A stretch of 64,000 nt of DNA from positions 25,730,001-25,794,000 of the forward strand of contig CM060731.1 in NCBI GenBank assembly GCA_030704615.1. The letters are read 5' to 3'. The notes under the pieces were generated by a model. The model was given only the letters and a program-made list of their open reading frames with translations, had not been told where the DNA came from and ran no database searches. Of this stretch, positions 1 to 12,800 are shown in pieces (the first letter of the stretch is position 1; every line of letters begins with the position of its first letter). The position numbers were made by a program, and so were the translations under genes. This DNA is from Takakia lepidozioides. Lineage: Eukaryota; Plantae; Bryophyta.

Positions 1-2449
1 TTGTAAAACTAAGTTAATGAGAAGAAAAAGCTAATCAAGCTGAACGATCAGCCCATCCAACTGCCTGAATCAAATCAGACAACAAGTACGAAAGAAAGTC
101 GTCGAACTGCTGATGAAGACATCCAAGGATCTCAAGTGGGAAGAACGCATTAGTAGGGGGACGGTTTGTGCAACAATCAAAGCGGCGGTGCCTTAGGAAG
201 AGGCCAATCGAGAATGTAGATCAGATCGAGTATGGTCGGCAATGACGACGTCCGCAACTGTACACAAGCCATCTCGAGAGAAAATGGTGTTTTTTTTATG
301 AAATTTGGAAAATAGCACGAGTGCTGTCCATTCTGTTCATCCACTGAAATTAGGATAGAATCATCCACCTCTGTATTTTAATCCATTTAGATCATCAATA
401 TCTGGCGAATTCATCCAAAATTTATTTTTTATTTGGAGAAGTTTGAAGTTTGAACAGGGAATTTTTGACAGAATATTTCAATTTATTTTTTGAGGTCGAA
501 ATCTGGCAAAAATTCGCCAATAAAACAAAACGCTGGCGCCGATCGTGGATTGAGGCGTACGAGATGGAAAAACATGAGTTTATTCTTGCAGCATATGAAA
601 TCTAGCCTCCCGAGCAACAGAAGCGCCGACATCCCATACAATATCATGAGTCACAATACAATCTCCGCATGGACAATGAAGGAGGTGCACGGCAAGTAGG
701 TCGATAACAGTGTATGTGGGTATATTGTTTTAGACATATCTTTCGGATCCGGGTAAATAGAAAAGTTATTTATCTAACCCTCCAAATAAATATATATTAT
801 TTAAAACAATTACCTTATTATTATTATTATTATTACATTTACCTTCCGGGGCAGGCTATATTGTGGTTATGAATTTCGAAGGATATAAATGAATAAAAAA
901 ATCATTATGTATAATTAAATACTGAGGTATGGTTAAATAGATATACCCTTATTGTTTACCCGACGGGTATGTTTAGGATATATGATCGGGTATATTCAGG
1001 GTAGACTCATGACAATGCTTTCAATATTGATCCAAAAAAATCCACGGACAACTTTTGCGAGCTCCATAACTTGGCTTAGATAAATCAATGGACATTCTGA
1101 TATTCAATTTCCTCATTGTTGTCATCTACACAACTATCTGCCAAATTCTGAAGTGCTTCCTCAACCTCGTCTTTCAACTCATTCATGTACACTGAATTCA
1201 TTCATTGTGCTAGCTGAAGTTATACAACCTTGTTGTGGATCATTGGGCCAATTCTTGATCAAAATCACTGATTGATACAGATTCGGAGATCCAAGTTGAC
1301 AACACGGCCAAAGTCCTGTGAGTGCTCTGCGATTGAAAACACTCTCAGTCGAATGCACACAGATAACTGAAGACCTAACACTAAACGTGGTCCTGGATAT
1401 CCTTTAACTGTGCATCCAGCTCTATGCCAAGCTACATCAACCAAAACTCCACAAACATTGCTTCAAACAAATAGGAGCCATTATCAAATAGTTTTTTGTA
1501 TCACACTCCTGTGTACCATAGTATTATTACATGGCTATCAAACATAACTAAACAACAAACACAACAAACCGTAAGTTACGCTTGCTTTGGCAATGCGTCC
1601 ATTTTTTTATTTTTTTATTTTTTGGCTGCATATCTGGTTTCAAATGACGTCCACATACAGATATGGAATTCCTTGCAAAACAGATTTTGAAGGGAAATAC
1701 CTCATCATCTCTCAACTCCTTTATGACCATCTCCTTGAACCACTTCTCTGGAGAGAGTCCTGTAATGTCCCAGGCGTCTTGTGGCCAAATAGCATCTGCT
1801 TCATCACTGACAAAAGACAATGAAGCCAAGAGCAATCAGTGTTCTCTAATGCTCTCGCACCCTTGTCCTGAAAAACATCAGATCCTTGACTAGTGGATGG
1901 AGAGTACTTCACTCGCTTCAGAACCCTCTCTACAAGTTGGTCGACAACTGAATCTAGCTGTGCATCCAAACAACAAATCTTGAGGAGTAATGTTCAGATA
2001 CTGGAGAACCTCTGCTACCATCTTCCGCCAAGACTTAGCTTGCTTGACAGAGATGCTCCACAAAGTAAGCATCTCCAAGCCACTTAATGTCACGGACATA
2101 GCCCAGAGGAACTTACCAGGAGTAAATACCAGAAGTTACTAAGTTACCATGTTATCAAAAGTTACTATGATCTATCATGATTTACCATAATTTACCATTA
2201 GTTACCAAGTTACTGGGAGTTTATCAAATTACCGAGAGTAACTTGGGAAACTGCTCATGAAACTTCTTTGGGAAGAAACTTCTCCATCAAGATACCTCAT
2301 TTGTTTAAAGAAACTTCTCCATTAAGATACCTCGTTTGTTTAAGGAAACTTCTCCATCAAGAAACCTCTTTTGGGGAAGCCTCTTAGAGAACCTCTTAGT
2401 AGCCAGTATATGTAGGAGGCGAGACTGGACACTACTGCAACGGTTACAG

Positions 2450-3177
2450 ATTACAAGGGAACCAAAGGTGAGCATGCCCGAGAAATTTGATGGGACGAGA
2501 TCAAAATTTCGCAGTTTTGTTCAACAAGTACGATTGTTCATATGACTACATCCACAACGGTACCCTGATGAAGGTATTCAAGTAGGATTCGTGGGCACCA
2601 TTCTATCAGGCACTGCCCTATCTTGCTTTGCACCGCTATTAGAGAAAAATTCGCATTTACTATGCAATTTTGAAGCGTTCATGTCGGAGCACGTCCAGCT
2701 TCCGTTTATGCTGCCGAATTTTGACAACTTGCGACCTCGACTGGAATGAGAAGAGCCTCATTAGTCAGTTTTGATGTGGCCTAAAAGATGATGTAAAAGA
2801 TTTGTTGCTGACAATGCCAAACGTGAGTACACTGATCGAATTCATCATCCAAATCATTACATGCGATAATCGTTTGTTCGAAAGACGTCAAGAGAAGCGA
2901 TATGGATGGTCGACGACGCACCATGTCGCTGCTACTACGGCACCAAACACAACGATCCATCAGACATCCTGTGATGATCATATGCAAATTGATGCTGTCC
3001 AAGCCATTGACGCCACAAGAGAAACAAAGACAACGCTCGAATGGATTATGCTTTTATTGCGGAGAAGATGATCACATAGCATTAAACTGCCCCAACAAGA
3101 GAAGATTCAAAGCTCGGGGCACAACTCGAGTGTTCGATACGAGGAGGTCGGAAAACGAAGATGTCCAGTCACAGTAG
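2450..3177 (+). pseudogene. gag: Ty3/gypsy gag relic with CCHC zinc knuckle
   Basis: Motifs EPKVSMPEKFDGTRSKFRSF, I..DNRLFERR, MQIDA and LCFYCGEDDHIALNCP. Stops and frameshifts are present. Confidence 0.8.
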
Positions 3178-3187
3178 GGACCATGTG
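3150..3187 (+). promoter_or_regulatory. Putative gag-pol -1 frameshift/recoding signal
   Basis: G_GAA_AAC in the gag register, a 6-nt spacer, then stem GTCC/GGAC with the gag TAG in the loop. Loop CACA can pair with downstream TGTG. Confidence 0.45.
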
Positions 3188-4812
3188 TCGCGTACCTCAT
3201 TTCGGTAAGCTCCCCTTCAAGTCATAGTTACTCGCTTGATACGCGCGCCTAACTCCCAAACTGGCCGCTCGGCCAACTCGGAGCTTTGGCTGCTCACCGG
3301 GACATAACGGTCCCCCTTTACTCCTCCACAAGACCCTCTCTCAATTTGGGCCAAGTGGAAATTCCCTTTGGTCGATGGCAGTCTAGAATAGCTCCCCACA
3401 TCTTGGACGCTTTCCGGCTCGTATGCTTACTCACTAGTTTTTGGTCACCAACGGGCTTGCACCGTTCTCGGGGTTACTATTCCCTATATACTTCTGTGAC
3501 TGTCCGCGGGGGTTTCACAAACAACCATGTCATTTTATGGCGAACCACCACGAAAACCCTCGATTCCCGGTGATGAGTCGCGGTGAGTCCTAGCCCACCC
3601 ACCACGGTCCCATTGGACCGTGATGAGTCCCAAGACTCCCCACGACTCCCACCACAAGGTCTCTGCCCCCATGGTGAGTCCTATGCCACCCCCACTAAGT
3701 CCCACTAAGCTAACACCACCCCTCGTGGAACCACCCCCACCGCAATCCGGTGTGCGGGGCTCCACCTAGTAAGCGCCTCCGCCTCCTTGAGTGCCTTGGG
3801 CACTCAAGGGTGCTTCAGCCCACGCAACTAATGTTGCCACTGCCCCCACCATAGGGGCAGCCCCTCACATGTCCCGACGCCCTGCCCTCAAGGCAAAGGG
3901 CCGCAACACACACCCCTACCAACAGGGAGTCGATGTCCTCATCGACTTGTCAATTTTGTAGAAACGAACATCCAAGTTGTGGCGTCCCACATCAATGAGT
4001 TTGTTTCCGCACCATGATGTCCCATGGCTAAGAACCAAACCCCCACTTGACTCTACTCTCCACTAGCTAGTTCGGCCGACTTCCTCCAAGTCCCGGCCAA
4101 GGGTGGAGCCTCTCAAGCTCCTCCCAGTGCACTCTTCTTGACCCACTTCAGGGCCAAGGAACGATCCTCCCCGAGGATCGAATCGCCTTACTGCAACAAC
4201 ATTTGCTTGCGACCGCTCGTGATGTCGCTTTTAGCATCACCTTGAGCAAGGGTTTGCCTTGAACCCTTTTGACTAGGAAGATAACCTTGAACCAACCGTG
4301 CGCCCCAATCACTACAATTGGGTCCGCCTTGGAATGCTGGCCTGAGGTACGGGAACACGCCGAAGCCGCAGTACGACTTTGTCCCGAGGCTACACGATTA
4401 TAGTACGTGAATGGAAGCACGTAGCTTCCGCGTTAGCCCGCATTACAAGGCAACCCCCTCGGTAGCGCAGTTATAGTATGCGCACGCACCAGGTGCGCAC
4501 AAGCACGTGAACTCCCAACGAAGGTGCAAGTTTCCTTGCCCCTTGGGTGGGAGTCACCCGATTTCGGCACTATACAAACACACGATTAATCCAATTTACC
4601 TCTCTCACTTTGTAAGCTTAGCATGCATTCTACACACTAGCCAACCATACCATGTATCACCATTCCAAACAAAATATGACACACAACATTTGGAAACCAT
4701 TTCATTTATAACAAAATTTGTACAATACAAGTTTTTGCAATCGGATTCCTGAGCTAGCTAAGCCGGGCTAAGCATGCATTTCCTCCCCCACGATCCAAGG
4801 TTGATGTCCCCA

Positions 4813-5154
4813 TTAACGCTTCTTCCGCTTTTGAGGTCGCCCTTCGAAAGCTGCAACCGCCTCGGATGCGTTTCCCATTTCTGAGGCACGCACCCAAGAT
4901 GCCTCCACATGATGATAGCCCTTCCATTTCACGAGATACTCCGTTTCTCGATTCTTGAACCTCCTCGACTTATGCACTACCTCCACCTCATACTCAGGTT
5001 CATTTTCATGATCCAACAGCACATGTGGCGGACGCAACACTTGATGCCGATTCGGATGCGCTTCATCTTTGAAGTAAGGCTTCAAAAAAAAAGACGTGGA
5101 ATACCAGATGCACCTTGCTGTTTGCCAGCAGCTCCAATTCATACACATCCTCAT
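4813..5154 (-). pseudogene. Integrase C-terminus with chromodomain
   Basis: EYEVEVVHKSRR..TEYLVKWKGYHHVEASW chromodomain signature; frameshifted from the integrase core. Confidence 0.85.
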
Positions 5155-5224
5155 TCATAACCTTCCGGATGCGAAAGGGTCCCGCATACGGAGGTATGAA
5201 CTTCGGACTCACTTCCGGAGGTAG

Positions 5225-6366
5225 TCAAAAATTCTTGATGTTCAACCAGACCTCCGTGCCTGCCTCAAACTTAAACTCCCTCCGCTTCTGATTCGCCTGC
5301 CGTTTATACCGTTTCCTAGCTTTGGCAATGTTGTACTTTGCGAGCTTCAACAAACGCTCGCGTTCTTCCAGCACCGCTGCTGCTGCCGATTCCTCAACGT
5401 CTTGGGCGGCCCAACTTGTCGGCACCAGAGGTGCTTTTCCATAGACCAATACGAAAGGGGAAACTCCCGTTGCGGAGTGTTTTGTGTTATTATAATAGAA
5501 CTCTGCCGCATCCAAGTGCTCCACCCAGTCCGATTGATCCGCCGACACGTAATTCCGCAAGATCTGCTTCACCACGGAATTCACTCTTTCCGTTTGGCCG
5601 TCCGTCGTAGGTCGGAAGGCGGTGCTCATCTTGAGCCTCGTCCCCATTTTCTTCCAAAGTGCCCTCCAAAACTTACTTGTAAACTTTGGATCGCGGTCCG
5701 AGACAATATCCTTCGGGAGTCCATGATGCTTGAAGACGTGGGCGAAGTAGAGTCGCCCCGTCTCCTGCGCCGTTGGCGTCTCCTTGGTGGGGATGAAATG
5801 GCCCATTTTACTGAACCTATCCACCACCACCATGATTGCATCGAATTCTTTTGACAGCGGCGTAGTAGTCATGAAATCCATCGAGACACTTTCCCAAGAC
5901 CCCTCTGGAATCGGCAAGGGTTGTAACAGCCCTGCTTGCTTTTTGTACTCGCTCCGGTTTTGTTGGCATGTGGTGCATGTCTTGACATACTCCTCGGCCT
6001 CCTCCCTTAGTTTGGGCCAGAAATACTTTTTTTTCAAGAGTATTGCGGTGCGCTTGGCTCCGTCGTGGTCCGCAAGCGGGCCATCATGGCATTATCTCAA
6101 GAGACTATCTCTGATCCCTCCCTTCGGCACGTAGAGACGCTTTTGCTTGTACCGGAGTAGTCCATTTTGCAAGTGAAACTGCCCATCCTCAAGTCCCGCA
6201 TCACGGACTTCGCCATCTCATCCTTCCGGTAAGCCTTCCGGATCTTCCTCTGGAGCGCCGTCTCGCCCTTGTACACTAACATGAGCTGCTGCTTTCTACT
6301 TAAAGCATCGGTCACCACATTGTCCTGTCCCGGTTTGTACTGGATATCCACGTCGAACACCGCCAA
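5225..6366 (-). pseudogene. Retrotransposon integrase (frameshifted)
   Basis: H..H..CTTC zinc finger and the catalytic triad motifs SVSMDF, IVSDRD and DGQTER. Confidence 0.9.
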
Positions 6367-6375
6367 AGTGTCTTG

Positions 6376-8367
6376 TCACCTAAGTTGTTTTGGGGACAAC
6401 TTAGGCTGCGTGGCAAAATACTTCACCGTGACATTGTCCGTGAACACCTTCACCGGGTTGGAACCAATATAGTGGCGCCAAAGCTCAAGGCAATGCACCA
6501 CCGCCTTCATCTCTTTCTCGTGCGTTGGCCACCGTCGCTCCACTTCATTCAGTTTCTTACTTTCGTAAGCCACTGGACGTCCATCCTGCATGAATACATC
6601 TCCAATCGCGAAGTCTGACGCATCCGTATGAATCTCAAATGGGCGGTCGAACTCCGGGATTTTCAGGACTGGAGCTTCCGCCATCCGCTGCTTCAACTCG
6701 GCAAAAGCTTGGCCACAAAAGGTGTTCCATACCCATACCTTGGATTTACACATAAGGTCTGACAACGGCCCCGCGATCTTGGCGAAATTTCTCACATACT
6801 TTCGGTAATAGGAGGCGAGTCCTAAGAAGGATCGTACTCCCGGGACCGAAGTCGGAGGCTCCCAGTCCAAGATCGCCCTCACCTTTCTGTCATCCATTTT
6901 TATCCCATCCTGTGTAATCACATGCCCCAGGAACTCCACTTTTGTGACCCCGAATTCGCACTTTGAAGCTTTGGCATACAACTTCCCTTCCCACAATTTC
7001 TGGAACACCCTTTTGAGATGCTCCAAGTGCTCTTCATTTGTTTTCCAGTACACCAAGATGTCGTCGATGTACACGATCACAAAGTCATCCAACCACTCTT
7101 GGAAAAGGCTGTTCATTAGCGTGCTAAAGGTCGCGGGTGCGTTGGTGAGCCCAAAAGGCATCACCAAAAACTCATATGAACCATACCGTGTCATGCACGC
7201 GGTCTTTTCCTCATCTCCTTCCGCCACTCGAATTTGACGATACCTGGAGCGCAAATTGATCCGGCTGAAATATTTCGCTCCTGCCAACCGATCGAAGAGG
7301 TCGTCGATCCTTGGCAAAGGGTATCGGTTTTTTATAGTCACCTTATTCAGAGCCGTGTAATCGACACACATCCGTAGCGTCCCGTCCTTTTGGTCCGCGA
7401 ATAGCACCGGGGCTCCGTAAGGTGACTTACTCGGCCGGATGTACCCCTTTGACATTAGATCCTTGAGCTGAGTCTTCAGCTCGACCAACTCTTTGTGGCT
7501 CAATCGGTAGGGCGCCTTGGCAGGTGGCTCTGATCCCGGTATCACCTCAATCTTGTGGTCAACTCCTCTTCGCGGTGGCCAACCGCTTGGTAAATCCTCC
7601 GGCATCACATCCTGATATTTCTCCAAAATCCCCTTGATCCAATCTGGGCTCGGCTCCCCATCGCCTTCTCCCTTCACTTGTCTTACGTAGAGCAAAAACT
7701 GGGGCTCGTGTGGCTCCTCCACGGCCCACTCTTTTGCTGATAGCAAGTTTATTCGCCTTCCCACTGGGTTGGGTGTTTCCGAAACTCGTAAAACTTCGCC
7801 ACCATTCCCACACGGTAGCGTGACTATTCTCTTGCGCATGTTGCCGCATGGCCTATCCCACTTCTTTTCTGGTCGGAAGGAGTCACCTTCCCGCCGGACC
7901 TTCTTGTGGTTCAGCTCCGTACAGCCTTGTCTTTCGCCCCTAGGGACATCCGAGAAACATTCAGCCCTTTCAATTGCCTCGTTCAAAGTCTTAAGTGGCT
8001 TCTCCTCCAACTTTCGCCTAGCCCATAGGGCCAGTCCCGCCACAAAGTTAAAGACCATTTCTGGTTCTGCCATGTCCGCGACTTCGAACAACAACACGTT
8101 GAAAGCCTGAACATATCCCCGGATGTCATCCGTTTGCTTCAAATTCCTCATCTTGTCTCGGGCGAGCCAGGACGCGTTGAGGGGCACAAACTGTCTCTTC
8201 ATAAGTTCCTTGAACCCACTCCAGTTCAAGGTTTCCGGATTTGGACCTCGGTCGTGAAGGCGTTTCTGCCACCATTGTTGAGCATAGCCCCTCAAATAGG
8301 TGGGAGTCACTTCCACCCGATCTTCGTCACTCAACTTGGCCGCCCGGAAGTACTGCTCTAGCTCCAA
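6376..8367 (-). pseudogene. pol: gag-RT-RNase H ORF, 663 aa, lacking protease
   Basis: Gag (ELEQYF..AQQWW), RT ([20 protein letters not shown]) and RNase H (HTDAS). The first RT aspartate is replaced (RINLRS), and there is a premature TGA. Confidence 0.9.
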
Positions 8368-10289
8368 GAGCCAGTTTCCAGTATCTGGTACTCCTGTCCA
8401 GTTTCCAGCATTTCAGTATTCAAGTCGTGTTCCAATATCTTGTACTCTTGTTCATTGTTATAAAAATCGTCTTGATTCATATTTACTCATCATACATTCG
8501 GCCACGCCGACCTTGACTTCTTGTCTAGTCTTGTACCTCTAGTCTGATCTTTTGTTTGTGTTCAGTCATGTTCGCGTCCTTGACACTTAATGCCAAACAC
8601 ACAGAATGAATGAAGTATATTTGCTACGCTATGCTAGTATGCCATGCGCAGTCTCTTCTGAGCACCCAAGCAATACCCTCAAAAGGAGGGAGATCGTAAT
8701 AACCGCATCTCACTACTAAGATTTCAGAGAAGGCTATGATATCTTCAGTCTGAGCAGATGCCATCCGATGGAATAAATAAACTGCAAAACCCTAAGTACT
8801 TGACCTTTTGTTCATTGAGTGCTTACACTACTTTAACACAAGACAGAAAAACAAAGAGAAACAACAAACGCAAGAGAGAAAAGTATAGATGCAAATAATG
8901 CTTTGATGGAAAATAAAGCTCCTAATGCTTATATGGTTCATTTGCTAGTATAAGACCTGCGCAAGAACCGATCAAAATTGTGCAAAGAGAGAGCGAGTAT
9001 GAAAACCTTCGAGACCCTAAATGCTTTGTCCATGACAACGAAGCAGCAAAGAGCGAATGCATCCCCGAGACGACTTACTTTCAAGATAGATGTCATGTTC
9101 GAAAATGCACTCTGTTCCAAAAAAGACTATACACGCTCATTCTTTGAAGCAAGAACACATTTTAACAAAAAAAAACCTTAATAACTCCGGAAGAAATCTC
9201 GTCTACACGGTCCTTCCCTACACAGGAAAACATACCTGCATGTGTGGACTCTATGGTGTTCAGCATAAGAATATTCTCATAAGTATCGAGAAATAACGCG
9301 AGACACTATATAATGGTTTGGGGATATTCCAGACCCCTACACAACAATTTTTTTTTCATGATATGATTCAAACAATATTTGCCAGTTCATTTCGCATCTA
9401 TGCTGTCTAAAGGAAAAAACTGAACGAAAAAACAAACCAGAAACACTACCAAAAGAGTCTCTTCATCATCAGACTTGCAGACATAAAAACAAACTGCCCT
9501 AGGCAACCCATCAACATTCAATGATATCTCTTGCACAAAGACAGAAGGTTTTCATTGGTAGCACTGATTTCCTCTACAGTCACGATCTTCTGTCTCTTTG
9601 ACATTTCAACTTCTGCAGAAAACAATCAGTATGAAAATCTTTTCAAAACCTAAGGGCACTCTCCAAGCCTTTGTCCAAAGAAATCGCAAAGTAAAGGGGA
9701 ACATGGAAGGGAAGGCTAAGTAATAGTTTGTACCTGACCCGTCTTTAGAGCTTTTCAATCTCTTTGCAGATCTCTCTCTCACTGCAAATATGCCAGATTT
9801 TGTCAAATTTCAAAATATTTGCAAAACAGCCAAGAACAGAGCAATGCAGCCAAATCTTGCAGGTCTTTCAAAACCCTGACATGAACAGAATGAACACATA
9901 TGTAAAAGCTAACCCAGGATATAATTCCACATATACATCACAACCATGTCTGTCAAAGGACCCTCCTCATATTTTACTTGTAAACATGGATCAACTGAAT
10001 GAATAAACTGCAAGTAACACAAATTTTCAACACTAAACCCTAGACCGTGAAACAGACATCCACCTGTGCTACTACCAGCTGCGCAGACTATGACAAAACA
10101 TAAGTCGAGGAATCTACAAAGCGTGTATTTTTAGAGGATACAATAGTTCAGTGGCTCCGATATTCAAATAAAGAAAACGTACTAGAAGAGAATTTATTAC
10201 CAAAATATTTGTCAGTTGACGCAACAAGCACCACCATCCGTAGGCCCTCTATGGATGCATTTCTTAACATTGCTAGTGACTTGTAATGA

Positions 10290-11306
10290 TTGGTGAGGAG
10301 TTTATCCTCAATTTGGCTGTCTGGAATCTCGAGAATCTGTTTTGCCAATACTGCCACTATATGGAATTGTCTCTCATGGGCATTCCACTATTGCAAAGGG
10401 TTCAAGAAAGAATCTTTGAACACCTGCAAGTGTCGAAAGCATGTCAATTAACACGTTCTCGTCGCATCTATACCTTGCAAACTGATATCAAATACTATTT
10501 ATGGCACAAATAACAAAATATTCAAGTGCGAAAAGTGAAAGGTTTGTGGTTGCAAGGTCTCACATGCTCCACTACGATATCCTCCTCAGATACACTAGAC
10601 CCAAAACACCGCACTGTATTACCCACCACCATCTATTGGACCCACCGGATGCGCCTTACAATAAAGGAAATTTAAGATATGAAGAAATAAACGTCTGTAA
10701 TACTCGTAGGCAATTTGAGTTGCTGATACATGACCCACAAAACTCCCCACAAGAGACTAATCCTTGTGACGGGATCCAACATCAATGTAAGCATATTGTG
10801 GCTCTTGGAAGATATGTTATAGATCTGCATGAAAGCAAGAAATCATGAAGCAGGGATATTCACAACTTGCTTACGCATGCGTGCCATAAGAAGCAAAAAC
10901 TTCATCTCAAAATCAAGTTGTCGGGTAGCCATCACAATTGCATCAAAACTCAATCCGTTCCGCTTCCAAGCGCACGCTCAAGGTCACTGTGGTGTTCAAG
11001 GCATCACTAAGCAACCAACAACCATGTCGTTGATTGACCACATATGCGACCACAAAGGACAAAGTTGAGGATATTGCTTCGGCCATTGCTCAAGTCTGTG
11101 GTGTATGAAAATGACCTTGGAGGGTCAAGGTCTGTCGATTACAAGCCATGTCATTGCTTACCTTTTTGTTATTCGTTACATATTGACTTATCTTCGACTC
11201 GACATGCCCAAGCCTGTGCTTCAATTGACACTTGTAGATCCAAAAAATCACAATTCACAACTTGCTTAAAGGACCCCAATCATGGTAGCTAAGTTGGTAC
11301 CCTCAT
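10290..11306 (-). pseudogene. hAT transposase relic (C-terminal part)
   Basis: Fragments EGTNLATMIG, WLLSDAL and HNMLTLMLDP, plus the hAT dimerisation motif PLQ*WNAHERQFHIVAVLAKQILEIPDSQIE. Many stops. Confidence 0.75.
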
Positions 11307-11314
11307 ATTTCACA

Positions 11315-11959
11315 TAGAGTTCGTCACGTCACCTCAAAAATTGACTTTACGTCAAACATTTTTTTATCTTAATTTTTACATTTGATAGTTTATTATAATA
11401 CGTAAGCCATCAAGTCAGCTCTAGTGGTCCTAAAATTTGAAAAACTATTTCATTAAAATAGGACCCCCAAAATCTGCCAACTACTATTTTTAAAAAATAA
11501 TAATAAATAAGGACCACCAGCTTTGGCGATCCCGATCTTCAAGATATTATTTGAAAAAATTTAGATTGCAAGAGTTGGGGTCCCGATATTTAAAAACTAT
11601 TTGATAATTATGAGACCACCAGCTATGACGCTCCCGATTTTCCTTGTAATATTTTTATTAAATCTGTGACCACCAGCTCGGGGCGGCCTCATTTTTTATT
11701 TTGGAAAAAATCCTGGCCGTGACGACCCGAAATGTTTTACGTATTATTTTTTGGATAATATCAGAATCGCCAGAGCTGGTGGTTCCGATTTTTTCTTTTC
11801 TTGTTTTAAACTTTTTAAATCAGGACCAGCTCTGACAGTCCCTAATATTTTAATTTTTGTTTTTATTGATAAAATAAGAACAACAAGAGTAGGCGGTCCC
11901 CGAGTTATTTAATATTTAATATTTTATTAAAATGATCAGGACCGCCAAACCTGGGTTTC

Positions 11960-11992
<33 letters not shown>

Positions 11993-12800
11993 GGACTGCC
12001 AAAGCAGGTGCTCCCGATTGTTTCTTAAAATATTAAAGATAAACTCGGGACCACCAGAGCTGGCTCTCCCGATTTGTTTTCAAATTCTACATAAAATCGA
12101 GACTGCCACAACTGGTAGTTGTGATCTATTTAAAAATTATCAAAAAATAAAGAAATAAAAATTGGATATAAGCGGGACCATTAGAGCTGGAGCTATAGTG
12201 GCCCCGCTACATTTGATTTATGGAGGACCAATGGGGCGGAAGATATTTTGGCACGTGTTGTGAATTTTCTCACAGGAGATTGGGACAGGGGTATATAGTT
12301 TCGTGATGTCAAGTGACGTCGGACCTGACATTGACGTAGGCCTATATCACATCAGTTTTATGTAATAATAAGTAAAAAATATAGGGGCATAAGAAATATG
12401 AAAATAGTCACGTGGCCTAAAGAAACAACCAAAACAATATGTCACGTCGGCCCAATAAATAATATATATATTTCGGAAGTCCAATTAAGTCTAATAAGAT
12501 CTTATATATATTTGAGATTTATTTAGGAAATTACGACCGCTAGTGCTAGTGGTCCCATATATTTTTCAAAATATTCAAATAAATTTCATCCATAAGAAGA
12601 AATTAAAAAACATTAAAACAAATCGACACCATCAAAACTAGTGGGTTCGATTTGTTTTTAATAAAAATCAAGACCATCAGAATAAACGGTCCCGATTTTA
12701 TTATTTTTTCTCTTAAATCGGGACCGCCAGTTCCGATTTAATCCAACAAAATTCTGTAAAAAATAGAGACCGCCAGCTTTGGTGGCCCTAATTTTATCAA
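11315..12800. repeat. Degenerate subterminal-repeat array of a DNA transposon
   Basis: Recurrent GGACC(A/G)CCAGC and GGTCCCGAT motifs between A/T runs. Starts TAGAGTTCGTCACGTCAC, similar to the terminus at 16453. Includes (CA)n at ~11960-11985. Confidence 0.65.

Larger units (their letters stand above)
3186..8370 (-). mobile_element. 5'-truncated Ty3/gypsy chromovirus nested in opposite orientation
   Basis: Domain order gag-RT-RNaseH-integrase-chromodomain. A polypurine tract GGGGGAGGAAA (~4779-4790) is followed by TG. Putative 3' LTR ~3186-4778, with the distal boundary inferred. Confidence 0.85.
2088..8585 (+). mobile_element. Composite/rearranged LTR retrotransposon insertion
   Basis: Termini TGTCACGGAC...GTCCTTGACA are 9/10 inverted. 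A 5-bp TSD CTTAA flanks it at 2083-2087 and 8586-8590. It contains a + strand gag relic and an inverted second element. Confidence 0.8.
1040..8764 (-). pseudogene. Fossil ORF of unknown function, split by the LTR element at 2088-8585 (parts ~1040-2087 and 8586-8764)
   Basis: Removing the insertion and one CTTAA copy rejoins a single frame: MASAQTEDIIAFSEILVVRCGYYDLPPFEGIAWVLRRDC..*..VCLALS|GLEMLTLWSISVKQAKSWRKMVAEVL. It continues through frameshifts into the ORF-track pieces 1721-1969 and 1548-1835. The 3' limit is uncertain. Confidence 0.5.

Noticed and set aside
400-1010. DNA-transposon end (AAAACGCTGG at ~535; GGGTA/TACCC-rich AT tract)
   Set aside because: No matching second terminus or TSD is visible in the window.
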